Source: an uncultured Clostridia bacterium
Lineage (GTDB): Bacteria > Bacillota > Clostridia > UBA1212
Direction of reading: 5' to 3'
Length of the DNA stretch: 64,000 nucleotides
Assembly (NCBI GenBank): GCA_947304585.1
Contig: CAMZBI010000003.1
Span: 34,811-98,810 of the forward strand
The translations under genes and the position numbers were made by a program. Positions 43,017-51,910 of this stretch are shown here, one piece after another (the first letter of the stretch is position 1; every line of letters begins with the position of its first letter). The notes beneath the pieces were generated by a model. It was given only the letters and a program-made list of their open reading frames with translations, was not told the DNA's origin and did no database searches.

Positions 43017-44021
43017 ATGACCAACAGAGACAGAGTCAATGCGGTATTGAACTTCGAAAAGCCTGACGACAGACTGCCGATGATCGAATGGGCGGCCTGG
43101 TGGGATAAAACCATAAACAATTGGCGTCAACAGGGTCTGCCTCAGGAACTGAACTGGGATACCATTGGGCCTTATCTCGGCCTTGACAGGCAGAAACAGT
43201 ACTGGCTACCCCACAAGAAATTTGACTGCCCGCAGCCCCAGAGGGAGGGTGGGCCGATTGCAGAGGACGAGGATGAATACGAGGAACTGCTTCCGTATCT
43301 CTATCCCGATAACGATTGGGTGTTTCAGGAACTTACTAGGCTTAAACCCGAGCACGAGAAGGGCGATCTGCCGATTTGGTTTTCCCTTGACGGAGGCTTC
43401 TGGTTTCCGAGAACCATACTGGGTATTGAAAACCATTTATATTCGTTCTACGACCAGCCGGAGCTGTATCACAGGATACTTGACGACCTGGCGGAGTTTC
43501 AGCTGAAGCAGCTTGACAGAATGTACAAGATCGTAACGCCGGACTTTATGACTTTTGGCGAGGATATGAGCTACAACAACGGGCCAATGATATCCGAGGC
43601 ATGTTTTGACGAATTCCTGCTGCCGTATTACAGAAAAGTTATTCCGTTTATAAAAGAGCACGGCACCAAGGTAATCGTCGACTCAGACGGCGATGTCACA
43701 AGGATGATCCCCTGGCTTAAGAAAGCGGGAATTGAAGGAGTGCTGCCGCTGGAACATCAGGCAGGCGTTGACGTCAACAAACTGAGAGCAGACCATCCGG
43801 ATTTCCTGTTCATCGGAGCTTTTGACAAGATGACCATGAGGATCGGCAAGGACGAGATGCGGGGCGAGTTTGAAAGACTGCTGCCGGCAATGATAACCGG
43901 AGGATTCATTCCAAGTGTCGATCACCAGACTCCGCCGGATTGTCCGCTGGAAAGATATCGGGTTTACGTTGACATGTTGAGGGAATATGCGGAAATAGCT
44001 GTTAGGCTTTGGAGTAAGTAA
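43017..44021 (+). CDS. Uroporphyrinogen decarboxylase / MtaA-CmuA-like TIM-barrel protein
   Basis: MTNRDRV start, FGEDMSYNNGPMISEACFDEFLLPYY, DSDG, GAFDK, GGFIPSVDHQTPPD. Confidence 0.75.
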   Translation: MTNRDRVNAVLNFEKPDDRLPMIEWAAWWDKTINNWRQQGLPQELNWDTIGPYLGLDRQKQYWLPHKKFDCPQPQREGGPIAEDEDEYEELLPYLYPDNDWVFQELTRLKPEHEKGDLPIWFSLDGGFWFPRTILGIENHLYSFYDQPELYHRILDDLAEFQLKQLDRMYKIVTPDFMTFGEDMSYNNGPMISEACFDEFLLPYYRKVIPFIKEHGTKVIVDSDGDVTRMIPWLKKAGIEGVLPLEHQAGVDVNKLRADHPDFLFIGAFDKMTMRIGKDEMRGEFERLLPAMITGGFIPSVDHQTPPDCPLERYRVYVDMLREYAEIAVRLWSK

Positions 44022-44068
44022 TTATTAGTGAATAGTTAATAGTGATAAGTGCTCAGTTGCAGTGCGCC
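44017..44068 (+). repeat. Heptamer array F
   Basis: agtaatt att agtgaat agttaat agtgata agtgctc agttgca gtgcgcc. Confidence 0.78.
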
Positions 44069-44122
44069 TGCGGTTCGAATATACACACATATCTGAGGAA
44101 GGGCTGAAAATGAAAGATTTAC

Positions 44123-44156
44123 AATATTGCACAAAATAATAATTTTGTGCAATATT
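44123..44156. repeat. Perfect 15-bp inverted repeat
   Basis: AATATTGCACAAAAT-aata-ATTTTGTGCAATATT. Confidence 0.85.
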
Positions 44157-44189
44157 TAATACCGAAACAGGGCAATTCAAAACAAATTC

Positions 44190-44238
44190 AAAAAGATCCG
44201 GAATCTCCTAATTTTACAGGAATTGTCCGGATCTTCTT
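44190..44238. terminator. Probable bidirectional terminator between convergent genes
   Basis: AAGATCCGGA...TCCGGATCTT stem with A-rich and T-rich flanks. Confidence 0.6.
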
Positions 44239-44244
44239 CGTTTT

Positions 44245-44310
44245 GTTCACTGTCTACCATTCACTAATCACTAATAACTTAAAACAGTTCACTAATAACT
44301 AATCACTAAG
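44245..44310 (-). repeat. Heptamer array G directly after the argS stop
   Basis: Minus strand: agtgatt agttatt agtgaac tgtttta agttatt agtgatt agtgaat ggtagac agtgaac. Confidence 0.85.
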
Positions 44311-44311
44311 T

Positions 44312-46030
44312 TTACATTTTCTCAACAACTCCGACGCCGATGAGATTCAGCGCCTCTTTTATGCAAACAGTAACAGCTTCAATGAAGCAAAGTCTTGCAG
44401 CTCTTATATCTTCATCAGATTTTAAAACGTTTGTAGAGTTGTAAAATTTGTTGAAAGCTTTGCACAGCTCAATTATGTATCTTGTAACTATATAAGGTTC
44501 ATTCTTTGATGCCGCGTCGCGAACGACGGACTGCAACTTCATCAGTATTTTAACTATCTGGTATTCCTGATCGTCTGTCAGAAGTTCCAGTTTGACGTTC
44601 TTATAGGAAATCCCCATTTCAAAAGCTTTTCTTAAAACGGATCTGCCTCTGGCATACGTGTATTGTACGTACGGTCCGGATTCGCCTTCAAAATCCAGCA
44701 TTTTGGACAGTTCAAACACTATGTCCCGTTCACGGCCGTTTTTCTGGAATTCGAACAAGACGGCTCCTATACCGATAGTATTGGCGGCTTCGTCAATATT
44801 ATCGATTTGGCTTGCGGTCCCACTTTCGGTGATGATCTCTTTGGTCTTGGCAATTGACTCGTTAAGAACGTCTTCAAGAAGCACAACGTCACCGTTCCTT
44901 GTGGACAGAACGCGGTCCGGGAACCTTACGTAGCCGAATCCAACATGCTCGCAGTCGTCAGCCCAGTCAAAGCCCATCATCTTCAAAACTGTGAAAACCT
45001 GTTTGAAATGCAGCGCCTGGGGCGTTCCCACAACGTAGATGTTCTTATAAAAGTCATAGTGGCGCTTCCTGTAAAGAGCCGCGGCAATGTCCCTTGTTGC
45101 ATAGATGGTGCTGCCGTCGGACTTCAATATAATGCAAGGCGGCATATTTTTATCTTCGAATCGTACAACCTTGGCGCCGTCAGACTCCTCTAAAAGGCCT
45201 TTTTTGCCTAAAATATCCACAATTTCAGGCATTTTATCGGAATAAAAGCTTTCACCGGCAAATGAATCGAAATGAATGTCCAGCAGGTCGTACATCCTGT
45301 TGAACTCTTTGAGAGACACTTCGACGAAGAACTTCCAAAGGGCGGTGACCTCAGGATCGCCCTCCTCCAGCAGCTTGAAATTTTGGCGGGCCTCGTCTTC
45401 AAGCGCGGGATCCTCCTTGGCTTCAGAATGAAATTTTACGTAAATTTTCAGCAATTCATTGATTGGGTCCTTCTCGATGGTCTCCCGGTCTCCCCAGCGT
45501 TTGTATGCGCTTATAAGCTTGCCAAACTGGGTTCCCCAGTCGCCGATGTGGTTGATCCTTACAACGTCGTAGCCGAGAAAATCATAGATTCTCGAAAGAG
45601 AATTGCCAATGGCTGTCGAGCACAGATGACCGATATGGAATGGCTTAGCAATGTTGGGGGATGAATACTCAACAATGACCTTTTTGCCAGCGCCCTCCTC
45701 GCTGCGGCCGTAATTTTCACGCTGAATAAGAATCTCCTGAATGACCGTTTTTGAAATGATCATCCGGTTGAGATAAAAATTCAGATAAGCGCCCACAACT
45801 CTGATCTCAGAGAAGAACTGCTTGAATTCGCTTTCTTCAATGGCAGTTTTGAGCGATTCTGCGACTTCCTTGGGATTTCTTCCTTTTATAAGTTTAAAGC
45901 AAGGTAGCGAAAAGTCGCCAAGCTTCTCATCCGGCGGCACGGCAATGAGACTCTGTACCAATTCTTCAGTCACGGAGGAATCGTTTACGCTTGAAACAAT
46001 TATTTCGGTTAAGATTTTCTTTATATCCAT
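44312..46030 (-). CDS. argS: Arginine--tRNA ligase
   Basis: EYSSPNIAKPFHIGH, NHIGDWGTQFG, YATRD, GESGPYVQY, DALR anticodon-binding domain. Confidence 0.97.
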   Translation of the reverse strand: MDIKKILTEIIVSSVNDSSVTEELVQSLIAVPPDEKLGDFSLPCFKLIKGRNPKEVAESLKTAIEESEFKQFFSEIRVVGAYLNFYLNRMIISKTVIQEILIQRENYGRSEEGAGKKVIVEYSSPNIAKPFHIGHLCSTAIGNSLSRIYDFLGYDVVRINHIGDWGTQFGKLISAYKRWGDRETIEKDPINELLKIYVKFHSEAKEDPALEDEARQNFKLLEEGDPEVTALWKFFVEVSLKEFNRMYDLLDIHFDSFAGESFYSDKMPEIVDILGKKGLLEESDGAKVVRFEDKNMPPCIILKSDGSTIYATRDIAAALYRKRHYDFYKNIYVVGTPQALHFKQVFTVLKMMGFDWADDCEHVGFGYVRFPDRVLSTRNGDVVLLEDVLNESIAKTKEIITESGTASQIDNIDEAANTIGIGAVLFEFQKNGRERDIVFELSKMLDFEGESGPYVQYTYARGRSVLRKAFEMGISYKNVKLELLTDDQEYQIVKILMKLQSVVRDAASKNEPYIVTRYIIELCKAFNKFYNSTNVLKSDEDIRAARLCFIEAVTVCIKEALNLIGVGVVEKM

Positions 46031-46033
46031 AGC

Positions 46034-46179
46034 AGTTAATAGTATTTAGTGAATAGTGTATGGTGGATTCGCAAGTTAATAGTTAATAGTGAAGAGTAAA
46101 ATAGTGGTTGTGCGTTTTGCATTTTTATTTGCGTGGAGCGCAAAATCACTGTTCACTAATCACTCTTCACTAATCACTA
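46034..46179. repeat. Heptamer-array element H: inverted arms filling the leuS-argS spacer
   Basis: Plus arm agttaat agtattt agtgaat agtgtat ggtggat..agttaat agttaat agtgaag. Minus arm (from the leuS TAG) agtgatt agtgaag agtgatt agtgaac agtgatt. Confidence 0.85.
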
Positions 46180-48600
46180 AATAATAATATTCACCAGGCT
46201 GCCCGGAACCGCGATCACCTTTCTGACCTGTTTTCCGGCGATAAGGCCTTTTACGGTCTCGTCTTCTAACACATAATCAGCCAGAGCGGCTCTGTCGAGG
46301 CTTGTGGGAACGTTGATCCTTGCCTTGATCTTGCCGAGGATCTGTATGGCGATCTCAACTGTCTCGGAAACAGTCTTAGACTCATCGCATACGGGCCAGG
46401 CCTGCTCGTGAACGTATCCCTTAAGCTCCAGAGCTTCCCACATTTCCTCGCAGATATGCGGGCAAACGGGATAGAGAAGCTTTATAAGGGCCGCCAGATC
46501 GCCTTTGGAGGGATCGCCCTTGGCGTAGAAGTCGTTCACAAGGGCCATCATCGAGGCTATGGCTGTGTTGTATTTCATCTTCTCGTAGTCTTCGCTCACT
46601 TTTTTAATAGTGATGTTGACTGCTTTTTCGTGGGTCTTGGAGATGGCGGTGTCGGGGGTGACTTTGCCCATCAGTTTCCAGACTCTCTCCAGGAATCTGT
46701 AGCAGCCCCTCGCACCGTCGGTGGACCAGGGAATCGGCTGGTCAAATGCGCCCATAAACATCTCGTAAAGCCTGAAGCTGTCGGCGCCGATCTCCTTGAC
46801 AATGTCGTCGGGATTGATTACGTTTCCCCTTGATTTAGACATTTTCTCACCGTTTTCGCCAAGGATCATTCCGTGAGACGTACGCTTGATATAAGGCTCC
46901 GGACAGGGGACGACGCCAATGTCGTAAAGGAATTTGTGCCAGAACCTGGAGTACAGAAGGTGCAGCGTGGTGTGCTCCATGCCGCCGTTGTACCAGTCGA
47001 CGGGGAGCCAGTATTTCATGGCCTCCTGGCTTGCAAGAGCGTCATTATTGTGGGGATCCGTATACCTTATAAAATACCAGGAGGATCCGGCCCACTGTGG
47101 CATTGTGTCGGTCTCACGCTTGGCGGGTTTGCCGCAGCAGGGGCAGGTGGTGTTTACCCATTCGGGAACGTTCACGAGTGGCGATTCGCCGCTGTCGGTC
47201 TGAACGTAGTTTTCAACCTCAGGGAGAAGCAGGGGCAGGTCTTTCTCGTCAAGAGGCACGTATCCGCAGTCGTCGCATTTTACAACCGGAATAGGCTCGC
47301 CCCAGTATCTCTGGCGGCTGAACACCCAGTCTCTCAGCTTATAGTTGACTTTGCCGGTGCCGATGCCCTTCTCTTCCAGATATTCGATGATCTTAGCCTT
47401 GGCGTCCGTGACAGAAAGACCGTCAAGAAAGCCGGAGTTGATCATTATGCCGGTCGCGATATCGGTAAATGCGGACTCGCTGATATCGCCGCCGCTGACC
47501 ACTTCAATGATGGGTATGTTGAACTTCTTGGCAAATTCGTAGTCTCTGTCGTCGTGGGCGGGAACAGCCATGATGGCGCCGGTGCCGTAGGAGCTGAGGA
47601 CGTAGTCGGAAGTCCAGACAGGGATTTCCTTGCCGTTTACGGGGTTGACAGCGCGGATGCCTTTGAGTTCGACACCGGTCTTTTCCTTGGCAAGTTCAGT
47701 GCGTTCGAACTCGGATTTTCTTGCCGCAGCATCTCTGTAAGCCGCAACCTCGTCGAAGTTTGTGATCTTGTCCCTATATTTGTCAATGAGCTTGTGCTCC
47801 GGTGAAATGACCATGTATGTGGCGCCGAAAAGGGTGTCGGGTCTTGTGGTGAACACTCTTATAAAATCGTCTTCTCCTGCGACTTTGAAATCAACTTCTG
47901 CGCCTGTGGAGCGCCCTATCCAGTTTCTCTGCTGGATCTTGACCTTCTCGATGAAATCAACAGTATCAAGGCCGTCGATGAGCTTCTGGGCATACTCGGT
48001 GATCTTCAGCATCCACTGGCTCTTGACTTTTCTCACCACTTCGCCGCCGCATCTCTCGCAGACGCCGTTGACCACTTCTTCATTGGCAAGACCGACTTTA
48101 CAGGAGGTGCACCAGTTTATGGGCATCTCGGCTTTATAGGCAAGGCCTGCTTTAAAAAGCTGGAGGAATATCCACTGGGTCCAGTGATAGTACTCGGGGT
48201 CGGTGGTGCTGACCTCGGAGGTCCAGGTAAAGGAGAAGCCCAGCATCTTAAGCTGCTTTTTGAACCTTTCGATATTATTCTTTGTGACTATCTCGGGATG
48301 GATCTTGTTTTTGATAGCAAAATTTTCCGTAGGAAGTCCGAAAGCGTCCCAGCCTATGGGGAAAAGCACGTTGAAGCCTTCCATCCTTCTTTTACGGCAA
48401 ATAATATCCATAGCGGTGTTGGACCTGGGATGACCCACGTGAAGGCCGTTGCCGGAGGGATACGGGAACTCGATCAGACCGTAAAACTTCGGTTTGGAGT
48501 GATCCGGAGAGGGTTCAAAAGTCCGGTTGTCTTCCCAGATCTTCTGCCACTTCTTTTCGACTGAAGCAGGATTGTAAGCGCCAATATCATTATGACCCAT
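46177..48600 (-). CDS. leuS: Leucine--tRNA ligase
   Basis: [28 protein letters not shown] (editing domain), [17 protein letters not shown]. Confidence 0.97.
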   Translation of the reverse strand: MGHNDIGAYNPASVEKKWQKIWEDNRTFEPSPDHSKPKFYGLIEFPYPSGNGLHVGHPRSNTAMDIICRKRRMEGFNVLFPIGWDAFGLPTENFAIKNKIHPEIVTKNNIERFKKQLKMLGFSFTWTSEVSTTDPEYYHWTQWIFLQLFKAGLAYKAEMPINWCTSCKVGLANEEVVNGVCERCGGEVVRKVKSQWMLKITEYAQKLIDGLDTVDFIEKVKIQQRNWIGRSTGAEVDFKVAGEDDFIRVFTTRPDTLFGATYMVISPEHKLIDKYRDKITNFDEVAAYRDAAARKSEFERTELAKEKTGVELKGIRAVNPVNGKEIPVWTSDYVLSSYGTGAIMAVPAHDDRDYEFAKKFNIPIIEVVSGGDISESAFTDIATGIMINSGFLDGLSVTDAKAKIIEYLEEKGIGTGKVNYKLRDWVFSRQRYWGEPIPVVKCDDCGYVPLDEKDLPLLLPEVENYVQTDSGESPLVNVPEWVNTTCPCCGKPAKRETDTMPQWAGSSWYFIRYTDPHNNDALASQEAMKYWLPVDWYNGGMEHTTLHLLYSRFWHKFLYDIGVVPCPEPYIKRTSHGMILGENGEKMSKSRGNVINPDDIVKEIGADSFRLYEMFMGAFDQPIPWSTDGARGCYRFLERVWKLMGKVTPDTAISKTHEKAVNITIKKVSEDYEKMKYNTAIASMMALVNDFYAKGDPSKGDLAALIKLLYPVCPHICEEMWEALELKGYVHEQAWPVCDESKTVSETVEIAIQILGKIKARINVPTSLDRAALADYVLEDETVKGLIAGKQVRKVIAVPGSLVNIII

Positions 48601-48629
48601 AATAAATACCCCTTTAAGAAATCTAAGTT

Positions 48630-48651
48630 AAAAAGGAGCCCGAAAACTCCT
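48630..48651 (-). terminator. UUCG-loop hairpin plus U-tract upstream of leuS
   Basis: Minus strand AGGAGTT-TTCG-GGCTCCT-TTTT. Confidence 0.55.
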
Positions 48652-48677
48652 CACAACTTTATATTTTAGCAAAACTC

Positions 48678-49397
48678 TTATTGATTGTAAACGATACATT
48701 TGATACCGCCAATATCAAAAAGAGGCCTATCTTTAACCTCAACGACGTTTATTCCGGCTTCTCTGAGAAAGATATAAAGTTCAGGCAAAGCCTCCGACAG
48801 ACAGCCGTTGGCGTACAAAGTCTTTTCGGTTTTTGAATATCCGAGACACCCGCCGATAAAACCGGAATCGTAGCCGGGCAAAAGGATCGACGGTGGCTTT
48901 TCGATAAAAAAGCAGTTAAACGAATGCTTCGAAGAGGCTTTCCTGATGCCCTCGTCAGCCGTAATGATCAGATCAAGATCGTCAACGTAAAGAGCGGAAC
49001 AGCCCGAATATCCTTGCCTGACGTCAATGCCTATATAACCCTTTGAATCAAGATAATCTTGCAGGTCAGGGTCTGTGTGTTTCAGATTGTGAAAATAGTA
49101 ATTGCCGCAGAGAAGTATGTTGTGGGAGCAGCATTCAGGATAAGTTTCCTTGCCAATGACACGCGAGACGACCGTCATTCTGCCTGCCTCTTCAAAATCA
49201 ATTACAGACTGTTCCGAAATACCTCCTTTAACAAAGACTTTATCTTTACCGCAGGGACAGGTCTGCATGTCAGCATGAGTGGACTCGGGACGGGGAAGAC
49301 AGGGATTCTCCTCGAGAAGAGTGACCTTGCCCCTGGCATTTAGGATTTCAAGAAGCTCCGGATATATCAGTTTTGATGCGGCAAAAAGTATTGGCAT
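48678..49397 (-). CDS. Conserved clostridial hypothetical protein (DUF6873-like)
   Basis: HADMQ, YYFHNLKHTD, QGYSGCS, GFIGG, DIGG motifs; family recalled from memory. Confidence 0.6.
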   Translation of the reverse strand: MPILFAASKLIYPELLEILNARGKVTLLEENPCLPRPESTHADMQTCPCGKDKVFVKGGISEQSVIDFEEAGRMTVVSRVIGKETYPECCSHNILLCGNYYFHNLKHTDPDLQDYLDSKGYIGIDVRQGYSGCSALYVDDLDLIITADEGIRKASSKHSFNCFFIEKPPSILLPGYDSGFIGGCLGYSKTEKTLYANGCLSEALPELYIFLREAGINVVEVKDRPLFDIGGIKCIVYNQ

Positions 49398-49404
49398 ATA
49401 TATT

Positions 49405-50298
49405 TCAGGTACCGTCGCTCAAAATTTCCCTGTAGACCTGTTTGAAGGATTCCGTGTAGGAAACAAGGTCTCTCAGCATTTTATTTCCATCGCAGATCTC
49501 TTCAATGCCCTCCTGAGAAAGCTTCGAAGTGTATTGCCAAAGAAAGACGTTTTTATAGTCATTGGCGGTAACCTCATAGGTCCATTCGGCGATCCAGAAG
49601 GGATAGTCTCTCAGCCTGGAAGAGATGAGACGGTCATCCGCATAAGAGTGACTGCAGTAATACCCGGAGAGAATGCCCCGGCTGCATAGGGTGCCACAGA
49701 AGGCGTCAACCATATCAGTAAGGACCGAGCGCGAAAGAGAATTCATTTCATTCTTTCCGTCGTCCTCAACGTCATAAAACACCGGGAGATCAAAAGTAAG
49801 ACCATACCGGTCTATAAGAGAGATCACATTTGAAGCCTCCGCAAGGGCCTCTTCAACGCTGTGGGCGCCTGAAAAATAATAGCACCCAACGTAAATACCG
49901 GCAGACCTTGCAGAGTTGTAATAATCAAGGAACTTCTTGTCAAGATCAAGGTCATATCTTGCAAGTCTTAAGACCGCACCGGATACGCCCTTCTCTTTTG
50001 CAACGGAAAAATCTGCTTCACCGCTCCAGGAGGAAACGTCAACTATCAGTATGTCTTCAAACGTCTCGCTTGCAAAGTCCTGAGCGGAAGGAAGGCTTTG
50101 CGGGAAACTCTTGGAAGCGATCCTTCTTTCTTTTTCCGATTCATGGTTTACAGAGCCCTTGGAAACTCCGCCGTTGCTGAAAGAAAGACCTCCGCAGGAA
50201 CAGAGAAGCAGAGCAGCCGAAAGCAGTATTAAAAGAATTGTTTTTAAGCAGATTTTCTTCATAAACAGTGATGCCTCAGATGCGCTCAGGATCGCCAA
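49405..50298 (-). CDS. GH25 lysozyme-like lipoprotein
   Basis: Lipobox LLCSC; DVSSW, GCYYFSGA, PVFYDVE (DxE), WIAEW, WQYTS. Confidence 0.85.
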   Translation of the reverse strand: MAILSASEASLFMKKICLKTILLILLSAALLLCSCGGLSFSNGGVSKGSVNHESEKERRIASKSFPQSLPSAQDFASETFEDILIVDVSSWSGEADFSVAKEKGVSGAVLRLARYDLDLDKKFLDYYNSARSAGIYVGCYYFSGAHSVEEALAEASNVISLIDRYGLTFDLPVFYDVEDDGKNEMNSLSRSVLTDMVDAFCGTLCSRGILSGYYCSHSYADDRLISSRLRDYPFWIAEWTYEVTANDYKNVFLWQYTSKLSQEGIEEICDGNKMLRDLVSYTESFKQVYREILSDGT

Positions 50299-50335
50299 AC
50301 AGGCGTTTTTAAAATTAATGATAAATTAACTGTTT

Positions 50336-50995
50336 TTATTCCAAAACGTCGTTTCTGGCCTTTATGGCGATCGCGAGAAGCTCTTCAGAAGCCTTAGGTC
50401 CCAAGCTGAATGCAAACAGCGCTTTCAGATCACAGGATACTATATGTATAACCGCCTTTTCTGTTGAAGGATCCCTGAAGGTCTCCGGCATGTCGAAAAA
50501 TCCCTGATCCGAGGCAAGCCTTATATAGAACACGTTGGTGATGAATTCAATTCTCTTGGCAAGCTCTTTGTCGAACGTTTCCTGATCAAGGTCCTTCGGA
50601 ATCTTCGCCACAACGTTGCTGAGAGCATAGAATGTGTTGAGGGCAAGTCTCAGGAGGTCCTCGTCCGGGTTTTCCTCCTGGGAAACGGTTAGAACCGCAT
50701 GGGCCACAAGGTAGGCCGCATCCGAAATCTCAAGGCTCTCTCTGATACTGTAGAAAGACGATATGAGCTCGCACTCGCAGAGAGTGTAGATACCGTTCCG
50801 CCCTTCCGAAAGTTCCATGTTTGAATAGCAGTAATTCTGAGCGCAGGCAATAAAGGGGCTGCCGGGCTTGCTGGCGCCTTTGGCGGAAATGGATATCTTT
50901 CCGAACTCGTCGGATATTGCCGTCAACATTTTGCTGGACTCGCTGTATGAAACGGAGTTCAGAACCAATGCCTTGCATTTAATTCTCTTGCCCAT
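50336..50995 (-). CDS. recO: DNA repair protein RecO (short, no C4 zinc finger)
   Basis: OB-fold YSESSKMLTAISDEFGKISISAKGA; follows era with a TAATG overlap. Confidence 0.85.
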   Translation of the reverse strand: MGKRIKCKALVLNSVSYSESSKMLTAISDEFGKISISAKGASKPGSPFIACAQNYCYSNMELSEGRNGIYTLCECELISSFYSIRESLEISDAAYLVAHAVLTVSQEENPDEDLLRLALNTFYALSNVVAKIPKDLDQETFDKELAKRIEFITNVFYIRLASDQGFFDMPETFRDPSTEKAVIHIVSCDLKALFAFSLGPKASEELLAIAIKARNDVLE

Positions 50996-51906
50996 TATTT
51001 GTCTTCTTTGTAACCAAGCTCTTTCAGCATATGTTTTGAGTTCCGCCAGTCGTCCTTGACTTTTACCCAAAGTTTCAGATTCACTTTTCCGTCCACAACG
51101 TTCTCAATGTCTTTTCTGGCCGCGGAGCCTATCTTTTTGAGCATCAGCCCGTCCTTGCCGATGAGTATGCCCTTGTGGGATTCCTTCTCGCAAAGGATCG
51201 TGGCGTCAATGGAAGTGGCTGTGCCGGGCTTTTTGGGCTCCTTATAAGAAATGATCTCAACGCCAACGCCGTGGGGCACCTCGTCGTTTGTAAAATAAAG
51301 GACCTTTTCCCGGATTATTTCAGCGCAGATATCTCTTACGGTGGACGTGGTGGTGATGTCGTCTGGATAATATCCGGGCCCCTCGGGAAGCAGTTTTACT
51401 ATCTCGTCCACGACTATCTTGAGACCGTCCTTTTTGAGTGATGAGACAGGAATGACAGCTTCAAAATCGCAAAGTGATGACAGCCCGGCAATGATCGGAA
51501 GCAGTTTGTCTTTTTCAATGAGATCGATCTTGGTGATGACCAGGATCTTTTTGGCGTATTTGATGTCCTGAAGCTTCTTGCAGAAGTTCCTGTTAGCCTC
51601 CGAGATCTCGCCGTCTGTGGCGTCGTAAAGGTACAGTATAACTTCGCAGAGGTCCAATGCAGAATCAACGCTTTTGACCATGAACTCGCCAAGCTTTGTC
51701 TTGGGCACGTGAAGACCGGGAGTGTCCACAAATACGATCTGGTAATCGTCGGTGGTGAGTATCGCCAATTGGTTTTTCCTCGTGGTCTGAGGCTTTGGCG
51801 AGGTGATCGCAATGTGTTCTCCCGTCAATGCGTTTATGAGAGTTGACTTGCCAACGTTGGGCCTTCCGGTAACCGTTACGAAACCTGATTTGAAATGTTC
51901 TTTCAT
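50995..51906 (-). CDS. era: GTPase Era
   Basis: GRPNVGKST, PQTTR, DTPG, TKID, KH domain EVPH, GILIGKDG, LWVKV. Confidence 0.97.
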   Translation of the reverse strand: MKEHFKSGFVTVTGRPNVGKSTLINALTGEHIAITSPKPQTTRKNQLAILTTDDYQIVFVDTPGLHVPKTKLGEFMVKSVDSALDLCEVILYLYDATDGEISEANRNFCKKLQDIKYAKKILVITKIDLIEKDKLLPIIAGLSSLCDFEAVIPVSSLKKDGLKIVVDEIVKLLPEGPGYYPDDITTTSTVRDICAEIIREKVLYFTNDEVPHGVGVEIISYKEPKKPGTATSIDATILCEKESHKGILIGKDGLMLKKIGSAARKDIENVVDGKVNLKLWVKVKDDWRNSKHMLKELGYKEDK

Positions 51907-51910
51907 GTTG

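Noticed and set aside
44110-44139. Mini-ORF MKDLQYCTK behind a purine-rich sequence
   Set aside because: Nine codons overlapping the palindrome; no support for translation.
46873-47805. 310-aa plus-strand ORF, and similar long antisense ORFs (780-1343, 10270-11121, 31708-32352, 55509-56054, 59619-60491, 61444-62109)
   Set aside because: They lie wholly antisense to well-supported genes, lack RBS or family motifs, and are expected shadows of biased codon usage.
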